Source of the DNA: Octopus vulgaris
Taxonomy: Eukaryota
DNA length: 64,000 nt
NCBI GenBank assembly: GCA_951406725.2
Contig: OX597816.1
Coordinates: 92,814,001-92,878,000, forward strand
Reading direction: 5' to 3'
The notes beneath the pieces were generated by a model. The model worked only from the letters and a program-made list of their open reading frames with translations, was not told the origin of the DNA and did not search any database. This document shows positions 12,745 through 25,876 of the stretch, piece after piece. The first letter of the stretch is position 1; each line of letters opens with the position of its first letter. The position numbers were made by a program, and so were the translations under genes.

Positions 12745-12908
12745 TCAACAGGCTTCTTTCCTTTTCTTTCAGCCAATTTTTCTCACAAGTCTTTGATCAA
12801 TTATGGCTACAGTAGAAGACAGTTGCTGAAAGTGTCGCACAGTGGAACCAAACTGAAACCATGTGTTGGGAAGTGAATTTCTTAACTATACAATCATGCT
12901 TGCACCTA
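12745..12908 (-). mobile_element. SINE family A head half
   Basis: Similar to 1500-1663 (ACAGGCTTCTTTC...AGTAGAAGACA...CAGTGG). Confidence 0.7.
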
Positions 12909-13974
12909 TATTTATACATACAAATGCACACACACACACACTCTTTCAGTATTGATTAACAAACTTATCAACAACTTTGTGATTTGTTCATTCACATATG
13001 AACATATGATGAATAGTTGCAAGTATGTGTTTCTTGCCCAAAGCTGAAATTTTACACAACATCCGTGTACAGGTAAAACCTAACCCAAATGGCCTTCAAA
13101 ATGCAGAAATATTTGCCAGGTGAATGCATTCAAGGGTATGTGTAAAACTATATTTCAGATCTCTATATAGAAGAACTTATTAGTAAGAGAGTGTAGAGAT
13201 GATTAATAAGTTGGCACCTCACATATAGCACAGAGAAGCAATCAGTGCTAAATGCATGAATATGAGTAGCAACATGATACAAAGAAAAGCAGGTTAGGAC
13301 AATGGTGTTTCACTGATTTACACCATTTTCAACAGGAATGGGTCTAGATCTCATATATATTTTTACTGAACTGGTCTATATTCACATTTCATTGTGAAAG
13401 GATTTCATTATTGATACAAAGTGATCTGCATAAATAAGTTTGCAACTTACTTTCTTGTGGATTTCCGCTATTCACACTATTGACGGTTTCTGTTGGATGA
13501 ATGGAAATCTGAATAAATCTGCTCTGAGCAATTTTCTTGCATCTGTCTTCTTGTGCAAAACATATTCCTTGTTCCTATATCAGAATGAATACCACTCTGA
13601 GATTCAAGGATGACATCAAAACGCAAAAAAAGAGATTTATCTAGTTAACAAAAGAAAGGTTGCCAGAATCTAACAACTGACAGTGGAACAGTATGTCTAT
13701 GGTTATCACACTTTATTCTGAGAACATTTTCTTTATACAAAGAAAGCACAACTGCATTTTTTCTAGTCTTTGAGAACACTGCTGTTATCTCTCTAATCTA
13801 TACTTAGACATTCAGCAAGATACTATGGGACATGTAAAATCTCAGTTCAGATTCTTACTTTACCAGGAGACCTACATAGATTTTAATTCCTTTATCGTCC
13901 TTTCTATCTCCTCTCTCTCTCTCTCTCTCTTTCTTTGTATATATCATCATCGGCAGCGTCATTATCATCGTCAT

Positions 13975-14145
13975 CCTCGTCATCATTTAATGTCTGCCTT
14001 CTATGCTGGCATGTGTTGGGCAGTTAACAGGCAAGCCAGCAGACTGTGCCAAATTCCACTGTCTGCTTTGGCATGGTTTTTACAGCTGGATGCCCTTGCT
14101 AACACCAACCACTTTACAGAGTGGACTGGGTGCTTTTAACATGGT
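13975..14145 (-). mobile_element. SINE family C 3' part (RTE-like tail ending in (GAT)n)
   Basis: Reverse complement of the AGTGGTTGG...GGGCATCCAGCTGTA...CATGCCAGCAT...ATGATG module also seen at 22080-22234 and 45490-45633. Confidence 0.7.
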
Positions 14146-14974
14146 ATGTATGTATATGTATTTAATTTGCTTTCAGAATTATTACTCATTTGACTTTCAT
14201 TCTTCATGTCTGTTACTTGTATGATTCAAAAGTACTCAGACTCTTTACCCATGTTGCATGATTTTTTTAGCTAGACCCTGCTTACTGTGTTCTCTTTACT
14301 GAGGTTCTGGCTGAGTTGACAGCTCGTACAGTTTGATTGCATGTCACATGATCACAACAGAGGTATCTCATAGGGATGGGGACTGAGTGAGACTCTGCTC
14401 GTGTTGCCTAGGAGAACCTGGGAATACATCAACAAATGGTGAAAGCAACAATGCACTGCAACAGTGCATTCCTTCATGCCTGACCCAATTTGACTTTCAT
14501 TATTCATACTTGTTGTTCCTTATATTTTGAAACTGTTGTCTAATTCTAATATTATACAGTTCCATGTTAGTTTGTGTTTTTTTTTACCACATGTTCTACT
14601 ACTCTGGAGATGTTTTTACTGCAGCAGAGATGAGTATTTCTATTCATTTCAGCGATTTTCTACTTCAATCCATTTCAAATGGTGATCAAGCTCAAGCTGT
14701 GTTGTGCTTCAAGAGTAATTTCATTTAACTGCATTTGTTGGAGCTTAGTGATGAAATTATAGTTGTAAGAGTAGTTAGCAAAAGCACGTTCTATCCCAGT
14801 GCTAAATAGATAGTTTCAAGTGTGTTTTCTTAGTTGATTAACTCAGATCAATCTTTATATAATGTACAATAATGTTGCAGGTCTCAGTAACCTAACATGT
14901 TGTTAATCATTTATCAAAGACTTTGTTCTTTAATACTTTGGATGAAGTAAGTTGGAATGTGCTGCATTCATCAG

Positions 14975-15016
<42 letters not shown>

Positions 15017-15539
15017 GTGTATAAATCATATGCATACATTCACATATGGACAGATTTATCTGTCTATATATATAGACAGATAAATATATGCACTATATAC
15101 ATACATGCATACATATGATTACATGCTATTTTTATAATATAATGTGTGTGTATGTGTGAAAAGATTTAATAAAATATCTTCATATCTGAAAATATTTGTA
15201 ATGTTTTGACATAAAACTACCTACCCAACAAAACCGCTGTCTATACACACCTAAAACCTGATGTAAACATAAAACCTACAATACTAATAGACAAAAATCA
15301 TAGCTACTCAGAAGTTATATCCACATATGTATACAGAAGCTATTTTGTTCTTTTTCCTTTTTTGCATACCAAATTTATTTTCTTAAAAATTTTCTTCATT
15401 ATTTTTACTTCACTCTTTCTTCCAAGATTCATAAAACACTCTACACTTATTCTTGTCAAGTTTTGGCTTTTTCTGGAATTTAAAAGAAAATTCTGCATTT
15501 CCCATGCATTCTGAAATGTACTTGAAATCTCTCTTCATG

Positions 15540-15778
<239 letters not shown>

Positions 15779-15852
15779 ATTCATACATGATGCACACACT
15801 CATGTATATGCATATATATATATGTGTGTGTATGCATATGAATGTGTATCTG

Positions 15853-15887
<35 letters not shown>

Positions 15888-16210
15888 CTCATCCTATTTC
15901 TCTCTAAAGATATCTCCCTCTTTATCTACATTATCTACCTATCTGCAGTTTGCTTTCTAAATTACCATTTCTTTTTCTCACTTTCATTCCCTGTGCTTAT
16001 CATGTTCATTTCATGCAGTTTACAATTTTTGCTTGTTTCCTTTCTTTTTCTCTTTCCATTCATTCTGTCTTATTCATTCCTCTCACCATTCCTTTTTCCC
16101 TTTATATTTTCCCACCTCTTCTTTTCTTCACTCTGTCCCTCTTTCTCTCCCTTTCTACATGTACATCATACATAATACATACATACATAATACATGCATA
16201 CATACATACA

Positions 16211-16246
<36 letters not shown>

Positions 16247-16294
16247 TATATGATGATGATGCATTACATATGTGCAACCATATTTGCATAAATA

Positions 16295-16345
<51 letters not shown>

Positions 16346-17497
16346 CATACATACATTCATTCTCTCATATCTCTCTGTTTATCTGTGTGTCTCTATATCT
16401 TGCTTTGGATATTATATTGTTTTGCTCAAGAGCAAGCAAGTAATTGGAAAGTCTACAAGTAGTTTACTTCTTTTAGTGTGATTTATTTATTCATTTTTTT
16501 GCTCTTATTTCAATATAAATACTTTTTTTTTTGTTTGTCTCATTTGTGTTATTTTATTCATTTTTTTTTGTAATTTAATTTTCTTCATGAATTGTTTGTT
16601 ATTTTACCAGCCACCCAAATCCCCCTTCTACTACACTCTGTCAAAATATACAGAATATTTCATGCCAACAACAGCAATAACAGCAATGAAAAATAACAAC
16701 AGCAACAACAATAATAGTAACAACTACAACAACAATATCAACAATAATAGTGCTAGCAACAACATCAGTAATAATAATAAAAATATTATCAATAACAACA
16801 ACAGCAGCATCAACAATGAGAGAATTTAAAGACAAATATACTTTTAGGCCTCAACTGCCACAACTTAATACTCAATATCGTAAATATCAAATCATAGTAA
16901 AATCTAGTTTTTCATTCCTAATGACATTTCAAAAACTTTTACCTGATTCATTCCTTTTCCTTTACGTCTTTCTGAAATTCAATTTATTTTGCTTTTAGTT
17001 TCAAGGGTGACTACTTGGTTATAAACATTCTAAATGTTTATAGTGAGATTTTTACAGAAAATTACTAGATATGAATGAAAAAAAAAGAAAAGAAAACAGA
17101 GACAGAGGAAGAAGAGGACGAAGAAGAAGAAGAGGAAGAAGAAGAAGAGGAAGAAGAAGAAGAGGAAGAAGAAGAAGAACAACAACAACAACAAAAAGAA
17201 GAAGAAAAAGAAGTACAACAACAACAAGAAACCTGAAAGATTTCCTATACTTATCTTTGATGGAAAACAGGTTTTCAAATGTAGACACTTTCTAAAATTT
17301 GTATTATCTAGAGTTATTTGTCACTTGTAAATTATAGAATTTAGCCATTTGAATCAAAATAAGGAAATCAGTTTAATGCATGCATGCACACAGCTGCACA
17401 CATACATGTAGAACCACACAACTAGTCATACATAAATGTTTATGTGTGCATGCATGTGTTGGCATGTATGCACATATGTTCATACTTACAACCATGC

Positions 17498-17546
<49 letters not shown>

Positions 17547-17775
17547 TGTGTGTGAGTGTGTGTAGATATGATTATATATAGATATTGATATATATGTACA
17601 TATGTGTGTGCATGTATGTATAAATATATGCGTTTATATCTGTGTAAACATATTTCTGTTTCCTATTTTAGGTATTATGCATTTAAATGATATTGCTAGG
17701 CATACATAATACATATGTAAATGTATGCATGGTTTTATATATATATACATACAGGTATCTATCTATCTATCTATC

Positions 17776-17836
<61 letters not shown>

Positions 17837-20800
17837 TACCTATATATGTGTGTGTGTGTATGTTTGCACAAACACACACATGCACACATTATCTTACTGG
17901 AAGCTGAAGCTTCACAAATCATTGCTTTGAGAAACTCATTACCATTTGTGAATTTTCAGGTTGCAATAGACTATAACATATAACTCTACTTTTGGTATTG
18001 AGTACTCTGTTTTCTCTTTCTTCTTCTTCTTCTTTATACTTATGCGTTTGCACACATAAATATGTGTACATGTGTTTAGGTGTGTATAAGTGCACAGGCA
18101 TTTATGTATATGCACACACTCATGCATAAATATGCATAATTATATCTATGAATGTTTTATTACAGAAAGATAAGTACACATACTTAAATCTATACTTGTA
18201 TGTAGTCATGCATATGTTTATTTATATATTTTATACATAAATAGAAGTGAGCTTTCATGTTGCATTGTATGGATGTGTGGATGTCGGTCGATTGGCTGGT
18301 TGGCTTGTTGATTTGTTTGCTGGTAGGCTGTAGAGGTAGAAAGATGTAGTGGCTAGGTGGGAGAGTGAATGAGATTTTTGATGAGTAAAGGAGATAGAGA
18401 GAGAGAGGAGTGGAGAAAGTGAGAGAAAGAGAGAAATGGTAAAAGGAAAAGCAGGAAAATGAAGAGATGGTGGATAAACTATTGGATGAATATTTGAAGA
18501 GAATAAGAGGGAAGAAGAAAAAGACAAAAAAAGCAAAAGATAAATGATGAATGGAAAGAAAAGGGATTTAAAATACAGATGGAGTGCTGGCAGAAGATGG
18601 GGTAGAAAGGATTGTATGGATGCAGTACTGAAAGCAATCCATCAATGATATGCCAGAACAATCATTGATTTCTGCTTTTGCCATATAATGTATTAATTTT
18701 ATTACCTTCAAACCAGTGCTAACCAGTTCTGGTCTTTTTTTGAAGCAGCTATCATATTTGAAAATTCAAACATGAAAAGCTGTCCCTTTTGTGTACATTC
18801 CAGAATATTCCACCAGTTTCATTCTTGTTTGCCATGAATTAACCTTGATGCATTCAATTGTTTTTGTCTTTTTGTTGTAGATTTGTGTTCTTTCCTAATT
18901 AAAATCTTATTATTGATTTTCACATTTACAAATAATCAAGATAGCTTTCCTATAATTAATGTTGTTATTCCATTTGATAATTTGCTGACATTTTTAATGT
19001 CATTCTCTCCTCTCTTCACCAACATGGCTCAACAAAGCCAAGTTTGAAGCCACAAAGAGAAAAATCAATATAATAATTGGAAAAGTTGTTAAAGTTTCTT
19101 TGTAAATAAAATATAAATAAATGAATAAAGCCCCAGGTTACAAATACGATTCTTTAGAGAAAGGGTGGAGTTAAACTTTAGTATATTCAGGTCAGTAGTT
19201 ATATCATGGTTTCCAGTAACTCATTTCTTACCATAGTGTTATATTCTCACATTTAGACTAACAATAAACTTTTGCCTTTTCCTTGAGCTTCTGTAATATT
19301 ATGGCTCTGGGTCAACAACAACATTACAGTGTGACAGTAATCTTATTGTTTGGGATTGACAATAATCCATAGTTCTCTGTTGATTGTCTTTGCATTGGCA
19401 CAAGATGTATCTATGATAAATATATTTCTTTATTGCTCACAAGGGGCTACACATAGAGGGGACAAACAAAGACAGACAAACAGATTAAGTCGATTACATC
19501 AACCCCGGTGCATAACTGGTACTTTATTTATCGACCCCGAAAGTATGAAAGGCAAAGTCAACCTTGGCGGAATTATAAACCAACAAAACACACCTCCACT
19601 CTACAATATTGTAACTGCTTCCAGTGGTGAACTAAGCTACTGATGTCTTGCTACAAGCAGCATCTCTATGGTTACTTCATCTAGAAATACAAACTAAATT
19701 TCCTTTAAGTCACATGTCACCATCTAAAAACACAAGAAAGACACAATAGACATCATAACAGACAATCAGGATTAGAAAGCTAGAAATGTTTAGATCTGGA
19801 GGTAGACAACAACAACCACAACAACAAAACTTAGGAGCCAAGGAATTTTGCCACTGAGAAATCGTTGACTGGGATTGTTAATAATTATATTTATAATTAT
19901 AATTTTATTGGCAAACTGACACTCAAGATACAGCAACATCTGTGTCAAATCATGATTTCATATCAAGAATACTGAAAAACAAATAAGAAAGCGAAATAAT
20001 TATAAAGCTAAATCAAAAAGGTGAAATAATGTGGAGAAAATTCAGTGCAGACAAGTCACTGTAAAGTTGTATTTAAGAGACTAAGAAAACATTGCCAAAA
20101 TTCTAAGTAGTAAACCAAAACAGAGGCCTAATATAATGGCATTTCCAGGACTATATTTGTTGCTAGTCCAGTGACTTCAATCAGTGCCTGAATTCAGGAG
20201 ATATTTTGTTTAGTAACACTTTTATATCAACAGTACATTGTCTGTTGATGTGTCAAATAAAGTATCACGCTTGTCACTTGATTTAATCACCATAGTCGAA
20301 TTGTTAATGGTTGACTAATTCATAGTGAAGTACTCATTGTTCTGACCAAATCAGCTTCTGTCTCAAACACAATTACATTCTCTCATATTCAAGTGACTTG
20401 CAGGCCATCACTTTGTTTATCTAATTGATATGAAATCTACTGTAACTGTGGAAAGCATATATCTATTTTTTTTAAAATCTCCTAATGAATTCATATTGTT
20501 GCAAACAAAGAGTGTTGCAGGGAAACAAGTTGGTTTCATTACCCTTTTATTTACAATTAGTATCAAGTTATTTGGAAATAACTTGATTGAATATAACTTA
20601 TTGAATATAAATATTTTTTATTGGAGACAACATTCGCAGTCAGCTAGTCAATATTTTATTTATTTTCTTTTTATATTATAAATATTTGAATAAACTATTT
20701 TCTCCAATATAATCAATACATTTTGAAAATCTAAAGGAATTAGTGGCAGTAATCTAATGCTTTATGGCTTTACTACACATCAAAAGAGTGCAGATGTGTC

Positions 20801-20945
20801 AAAATATTGTAACAACATGGTATTCAGGTTTTGAGTTCAAAACCCTCTCATGGCTTAAATATGTGTGTGTGTGTGTACGTAAGCAGATATACATACATCC
20901 TGTCTCTCCAAAGAGTTTTCTTTCTATCCAGTATTTACATGCTAT

Positions 20946-21163
20946 AAGATGGCAAGCTGGCAGAATTATTATAAATCTGGGCAAAATGCTTAGCAGTATC
21001 TCATCCATCTTTGACTTCTAAGATCGAATTCTGCTGAGGTCAACTTTACTTTTCATCATTTAAGGATCAATAACACAAGTACCAGTTGAGCACTGGGTTC
21101 GGTGTAAACAACCTAACCCTTCCCCTGATCTTGCTGGCTTTGTGCCAGAATTCAAGATCAATA
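20946..21163 (+). mobile_element. SINE family B
   Basis: AAGATGGCAAGCTGGCAGAA...AAATGCTTAGC...GAGGTCAACTTT...AAGTACCAGTTGAG. Confidence 0.75.
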
Positions 21164-21215
21164 TTTACCTCCTATCATTTATAACTTTACTTTGAGTTTT
21201 ACTGTTAAAAATGAA

Positions 21216-21259
<44 letters not shown>

Positions 21260-21749
21260 GACCCAAAAGTGGCACACGAATAAAAACATTGTTTGGGGTT
21301 GAGCAAGCTTCAACCCCCCACGCCACCACCACACACTAGCTACATTACTGGGGGTATATTGGTGTTGTGAATGCAGTACCATCTAAAATGTGGAAGAAGT
21401 ATTCCATTGTGGGTTTGCCTCATACTTTGTAGGTAGTCAACAACTGATTGAGTTAAAGTATTTTGTAACTCTGAAACGAAGAATATAGTGAATAGGATAC
21501 ATACTTTTCAATGTTATCACAAATGAAAGATGGTTTATTAGATCACCATTGAAGGTTTGATTTACAAATTGTTCATGAAGAACAAGCAAGTGTAAAGATA
21601 TTTATATTTAAGTGTGACTAGTAAATGATAGTTCTATCACCTTCAAATAGAAATAGTTTGATGTCACTAAAATAAATACCTTCTAGAAACAACAGTCATT
21701 TAGTCATTTCAAATACAGAAATATTTTTTCTTTATATTGAAAGTGAATG

Positions 21750-22234
21750 TTGAGCCTCATGGAGGCAATGACAAGTGACTCAGACCTTTGACGATATACT
21801 GTGCTTGAGAAGACCGATCAAGGCAAGTGAGATTGTAGTCAGGTAGATTGTAGAAATGCTAGTTTCATGTAACTGGCACATAAAAATCACTCCTCAAATG
21901 TTGGGTGATATGTTGTGCTTGAGAAGACCTGTAAAGCTAAGTGAAATCATTGCCATGACCGATGCCAGTGCCAGTTGACTGGTATGTAAAAAGCACTGTT
22001 TGAGCACATGGCTGATGTCAGTGTCACATCAATGGCACCCATGCTGGTGCTTGTAAACACTACCCACTTCACTCTTAGAGTGGTTGGTATTAGGAAGGGC
22101 ATCCAGCTGTAGAAACCATGCCAAAGCAGACTGGAACCTAGCATAGCTCCCCAACTTGCCAGTTTTCAGACAAACCATCCAACCCATGCCAGCATGGAAA
22201 ATGGACATTAAACGGCAACGATGATGATGATGAT
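21750..22234 (+). mobile_element. SINE family C with internal diverged repeats and (GAT)n tail
   Basis: TGTGCTTGAGAAGACC occurs twice, followed by the family C module ending CCAACCCATGCCAGCATGGAAA...GATGATGATG. Confidence 0.75.
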
Positions 22235-22984
22235 TGTTATCCTGTATTACTATATATCCTATATGGTGTATTCGTCATATATCAAAAGTATGAGAATTGT
22301 AACTATAAATGTAGCATCTATTTCATGAGTCATGTGGTGTACTTAGTATACGTTCCAGCTAACAGTATTTCAATTAAGCTGATTATTTTGCTGCAAACCA
22401 ATTCTTGTAATATATTTCACACATATGCATTCAATAAGGAGAGCTTTATTATGTATTATTGTTTTCCTTTTAGGTGCTTTATTTCATTTACATGCATATT
22501 TAAAGATGTGTAGAAGCTTTACAAATAGAACAATTGATCTATATTATACACTGAAACATTATACATTGAACTGTATGATATATTAATGTTCTTCAGCAGA
22601 ACAATGTTTTAATTCTGACAAAGTAATTTAATATAAGATACAGAGTCTACATTGTTAAAAATAACCATTTCTTAGATATATAAGACTATATTCTTATACT
22701 TGTGATAGTAGGGAAAATGTGGGTGTGACAGTAATTATATTCTTAATTAGTTGAACCAAGAAAATTACAGGACAAAAAGTAAAAGTGTAAAAGTATTGCT
22801 GGTGAAATTGGAATTAGAATTGAATTGTCTGCTTTTTACGTGGATTTCAGATAAAAATAATGCAGGGAAAAGCTTAAAAAGAGGACTAGTGCATGTTTGA
22901 GCAGCATGTTGGTATTATTGTTAAAGCCGAAAGGTTACTTTCTTTCCTGCATAGCACCCTTTAATGAGCATGTCTAATTTATAT

Positions 22985-23900
22985 TCTTTTATTGACCACA
23001 AAGGCTAACATAAAAGCAACATGAAATGACAAAACAGGACGATACAAAGGGTTTTAGAACATGTAAATAAAATAACAAAGAAAAAACAAATAAAACTCCC
23101 AATAAGGGGAGGTGCTTTAAGGCTACTCGTGGAAAAGACCCAAAGTCATGGGTGCCTGACCAACAGGGCAAGAGCCCTTCTTTTATTTTTCATAAATGTA
23201 TACTCGGAATTGGTCTTTTCAGATTAGTCATTCTCCCAACATTCACTCATCTTTCAATAAACTTGCTAGAAGGTAACACTTACCTCCCCACCCTCACTTT
23301 CCTCTTCAAGTGAAACTTGAAGAAGTTGATGAGGGCTTGGTCGAAGAGGAAAGTGTCTGACTTTAGCCCTTTCAAATGAGTCCACCATACTACCTCTTTC
23401 GTTACAGCTACCAGACAAAACAAATTGCCTGCCCCTCCCGGCCAAAGGAGGGCAGTGGGGCAAGCTGGATCCATCCTACGCATGACAGCAGGTGTTTGAC
23501 ATAAACCTACAAGTCAGCAATGCTCGGGCACTGGATGAGTGTGTACAGAATGGTTTCTTTGCTCTACATGCACCTTGGGCAGGCCTGGCTGATGGCACTT
23601 CTGTGCCTGTAAAGTTTATCCCAAATGGGCAGCGCCTCTCAGTAGCACTGCCAGGCAAGGCATTTCTGAAGGTTATCCATAGGCCCAGGCCTGGAATTTC
23701 TTTGAAAAAGACCAGTAAGTTGATCCTCGTCAACACCCAAAGTTTCCCCAAGAACGTTGTTGCACTTTTCTTCCACTAACCCTCTATAGAACGCTAGAGA
23801 GGAACTACCACTGATCACATTGCCTGCCTGGCAGAGGGCTTTGAGTACTTGATGACACTCTAGGTACTGAGCATCCCTCCTTGGTCTACACCTAATCCAA
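22985..23900 (-). mobile_element. Decayed Tx1/L1-like LINE 3' end (zf-RVT region and 3' UTR)
   Basis: The minus strand reads LAWQCY*EALPIWDKLYRH...ACPRCM*SKETILYTLIQCP (zf-RVT-like CxxC...ET...C), then AVTKEVVWWTHLKG...LINFFKFHLKRKVRV. The 3' UTR ends GGTCAATAAAA. Confidence 0.8.
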
Positions 23901-24348
23901 AATTGTATGCACATGTTTAATTTCAATCATGCCCACTGACTTATGCAGCATCTGAAGAAGATAAATGTTGTGCACTCTGTGAAAAGGTTTGCAAATCAAG
24001 CTTTATATAAGATATTTATTAGAGAGGTTGGAGCTTCTATACATCAGAGACCAATGAGAGTAGCATTTCTAGAGTTTCATAGGCAAAAGTTTCAAATCCT
24101 TTGTCTCTAGTGAGGCTGAGTTTCCATTTTCCAAGGAGGAAACATAGATCACAATAAACTACCACATCATTTGTATTATATTATTTATGAGCCAACAAGA
24201 TGCTATTGCCAATTGGACTGTTACTAGACAACTTAAAGTAAATCCTAGTCTTTCTTCCCATGTGGATAAACTCAAATATTTGCCTGCCTAAATGTCAACT
24301 CAGCTATAGATGGGAGAATGTGAAAGGAAAGTAACTGAACATTTTTAA

Positions 24349-24530
24349 CCCTGGCCCAAATATTCTACCTGTTCTATATTCAAACTGACCAAATCTGACC
24401 TCTCACACCAACCTAACAATGGCATTCTAAAAACAAACAATCACAAAACTATGAGATAATGAATGATTAATTCAAAACAATGGGAATAAATAAGAATCAT
24501 ATATAACAGAGTAATCTGAATGCAAATGGG
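24349..24530. mobile_element. piggyBac-type MITE
   Basis: TTAA(24345-48)|CCC ... GGG|TTAA(24531-34), 182 bp, non-coding. The TIR similarity beyond CCC/GGG is short. Confidence 0.55.
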
Positions 24531-24747
24531 TTAAATTCTGAAAGACAATCTATATTTCCCTTAATACGAGTGCTTCAACTGCCTCCCATTATCTACCATA
24601 CTTTATTTTACAGGGAGCAAATATAGGAATTGTTGTACTTCGGGATGGGGCATGGTCAGGTTTTTTCTTTTTTTTTCCATAAAGACATGCACTATATATT
24701 CGTTCTTCACTCATTTATTACTGTTCTTATTTTAACTCATGTCCATT

Positions 24748-24945
24748 GTCCGGAAATCTTTCTTCACACATCTGTAACCTCTTCAGCAACACTTTCTGTC
24801 CTCATGTGTGCTCCTGCTCTGCTTAATCCCTGAAGAGGTCACAGATGTGTGATGAAAGATTTGGACTAAGCAGAGCAGGAGCACACATGAGGACAGAAGG
24901 TGTTGCTGAAGAGGTTACAGAAGTGTAATAAAATATTTGACAAAT
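24748..24945. ncRNA. Inverted repeat containing three degenerate hammerhead-like motifs
   Basis: The arms are 24766-24829 and 24863-24926. The motif CTGAAGA-GGT(C/T)ACA-N4-TGT(G/A)A-N-(G/A)AAA occurs on the minus strand at 24748-24786 and on the plus strand at 24830-24862 and 24906-24940. Confidence 0.55.
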
Positions 24946-25876
24946 AAAAATAATAATAAAGACCATTTTGAAGTACAACAATATATGTTGCAACACAAGA
25001 TTTCACATCAGGAATCTTGCTACAAAATTCATAAACATAGGCAGTTTCTTATATAATTTCCTTCATAAGGAGAGTTAGAATCTAAAGAAATTGTAAACAT
25101 TTATGTTTTAATGAAACTAAAAATTTCAATTTCATTGTAAAATGCAACATTTTTAAGCTTTCACTTCTTACCCTGTAATTTTCCAGATTCACTTAAGAAT
25201 ATTTTCACTCTTGTGCCTGTATTTTTCCTGTTAGTCCACTTTTTTAATTACAGAATAGAATACTTTACACAGTCTAAACATAATTGTCATTGAGACAAAA
25301 CTCAAAAAGTATTAAGGATAAAATAATTTACTCTTTTGCAAAATGTTTAAAGTAGAGTGAAAATGTAAATTTTATAAATTGGTAAATTATTTAAAAATAC
25401 TAATTAGGAACTAAAGACAAAAGAAAATATGTCAATAAAGTAGAAGCAGATTAATTTAAATGGCACCAGGCAGAAAATGGTACAGAAATTATGAGTTGAA
25501 CAGTTTGAGGTAAAAATGGTTTGATCATGTTCACCTTTTTAAGAAGCACCAGTGGTGACACTCCTTATCACCATGGTGTTAAACAAGGAATGTTTGAATA
25601 TTTCAATTGATTATAGTCATATAAAGATACTTTGGAGGTGAGACTCATAAAATCCATTATTAAAACATGATTCTGAAAAAATTTTTGAAAAACAAATGTA
25701 AAAATCCCCAAAATAAACAGGTAAGTTGCATATTTGCCATATCTGTCTAAATTTCAACCCCTTTTTAACTGTTTATTGTCACTGATTACTGGTACAGATT
25801 ATCATTATTTGATTGGATCCTACTGATTATTTTAGTCTATATTTGTGGTTTGTGTGTATATACACATACACATATA

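Noticed and set aside
17071-17295. Arg/Gly-rich protamine-like ORF
   Set aside because: It is a (GAA)n/(GAGGAA) and (ACA)n microsatellite with no sign of coding constraint.
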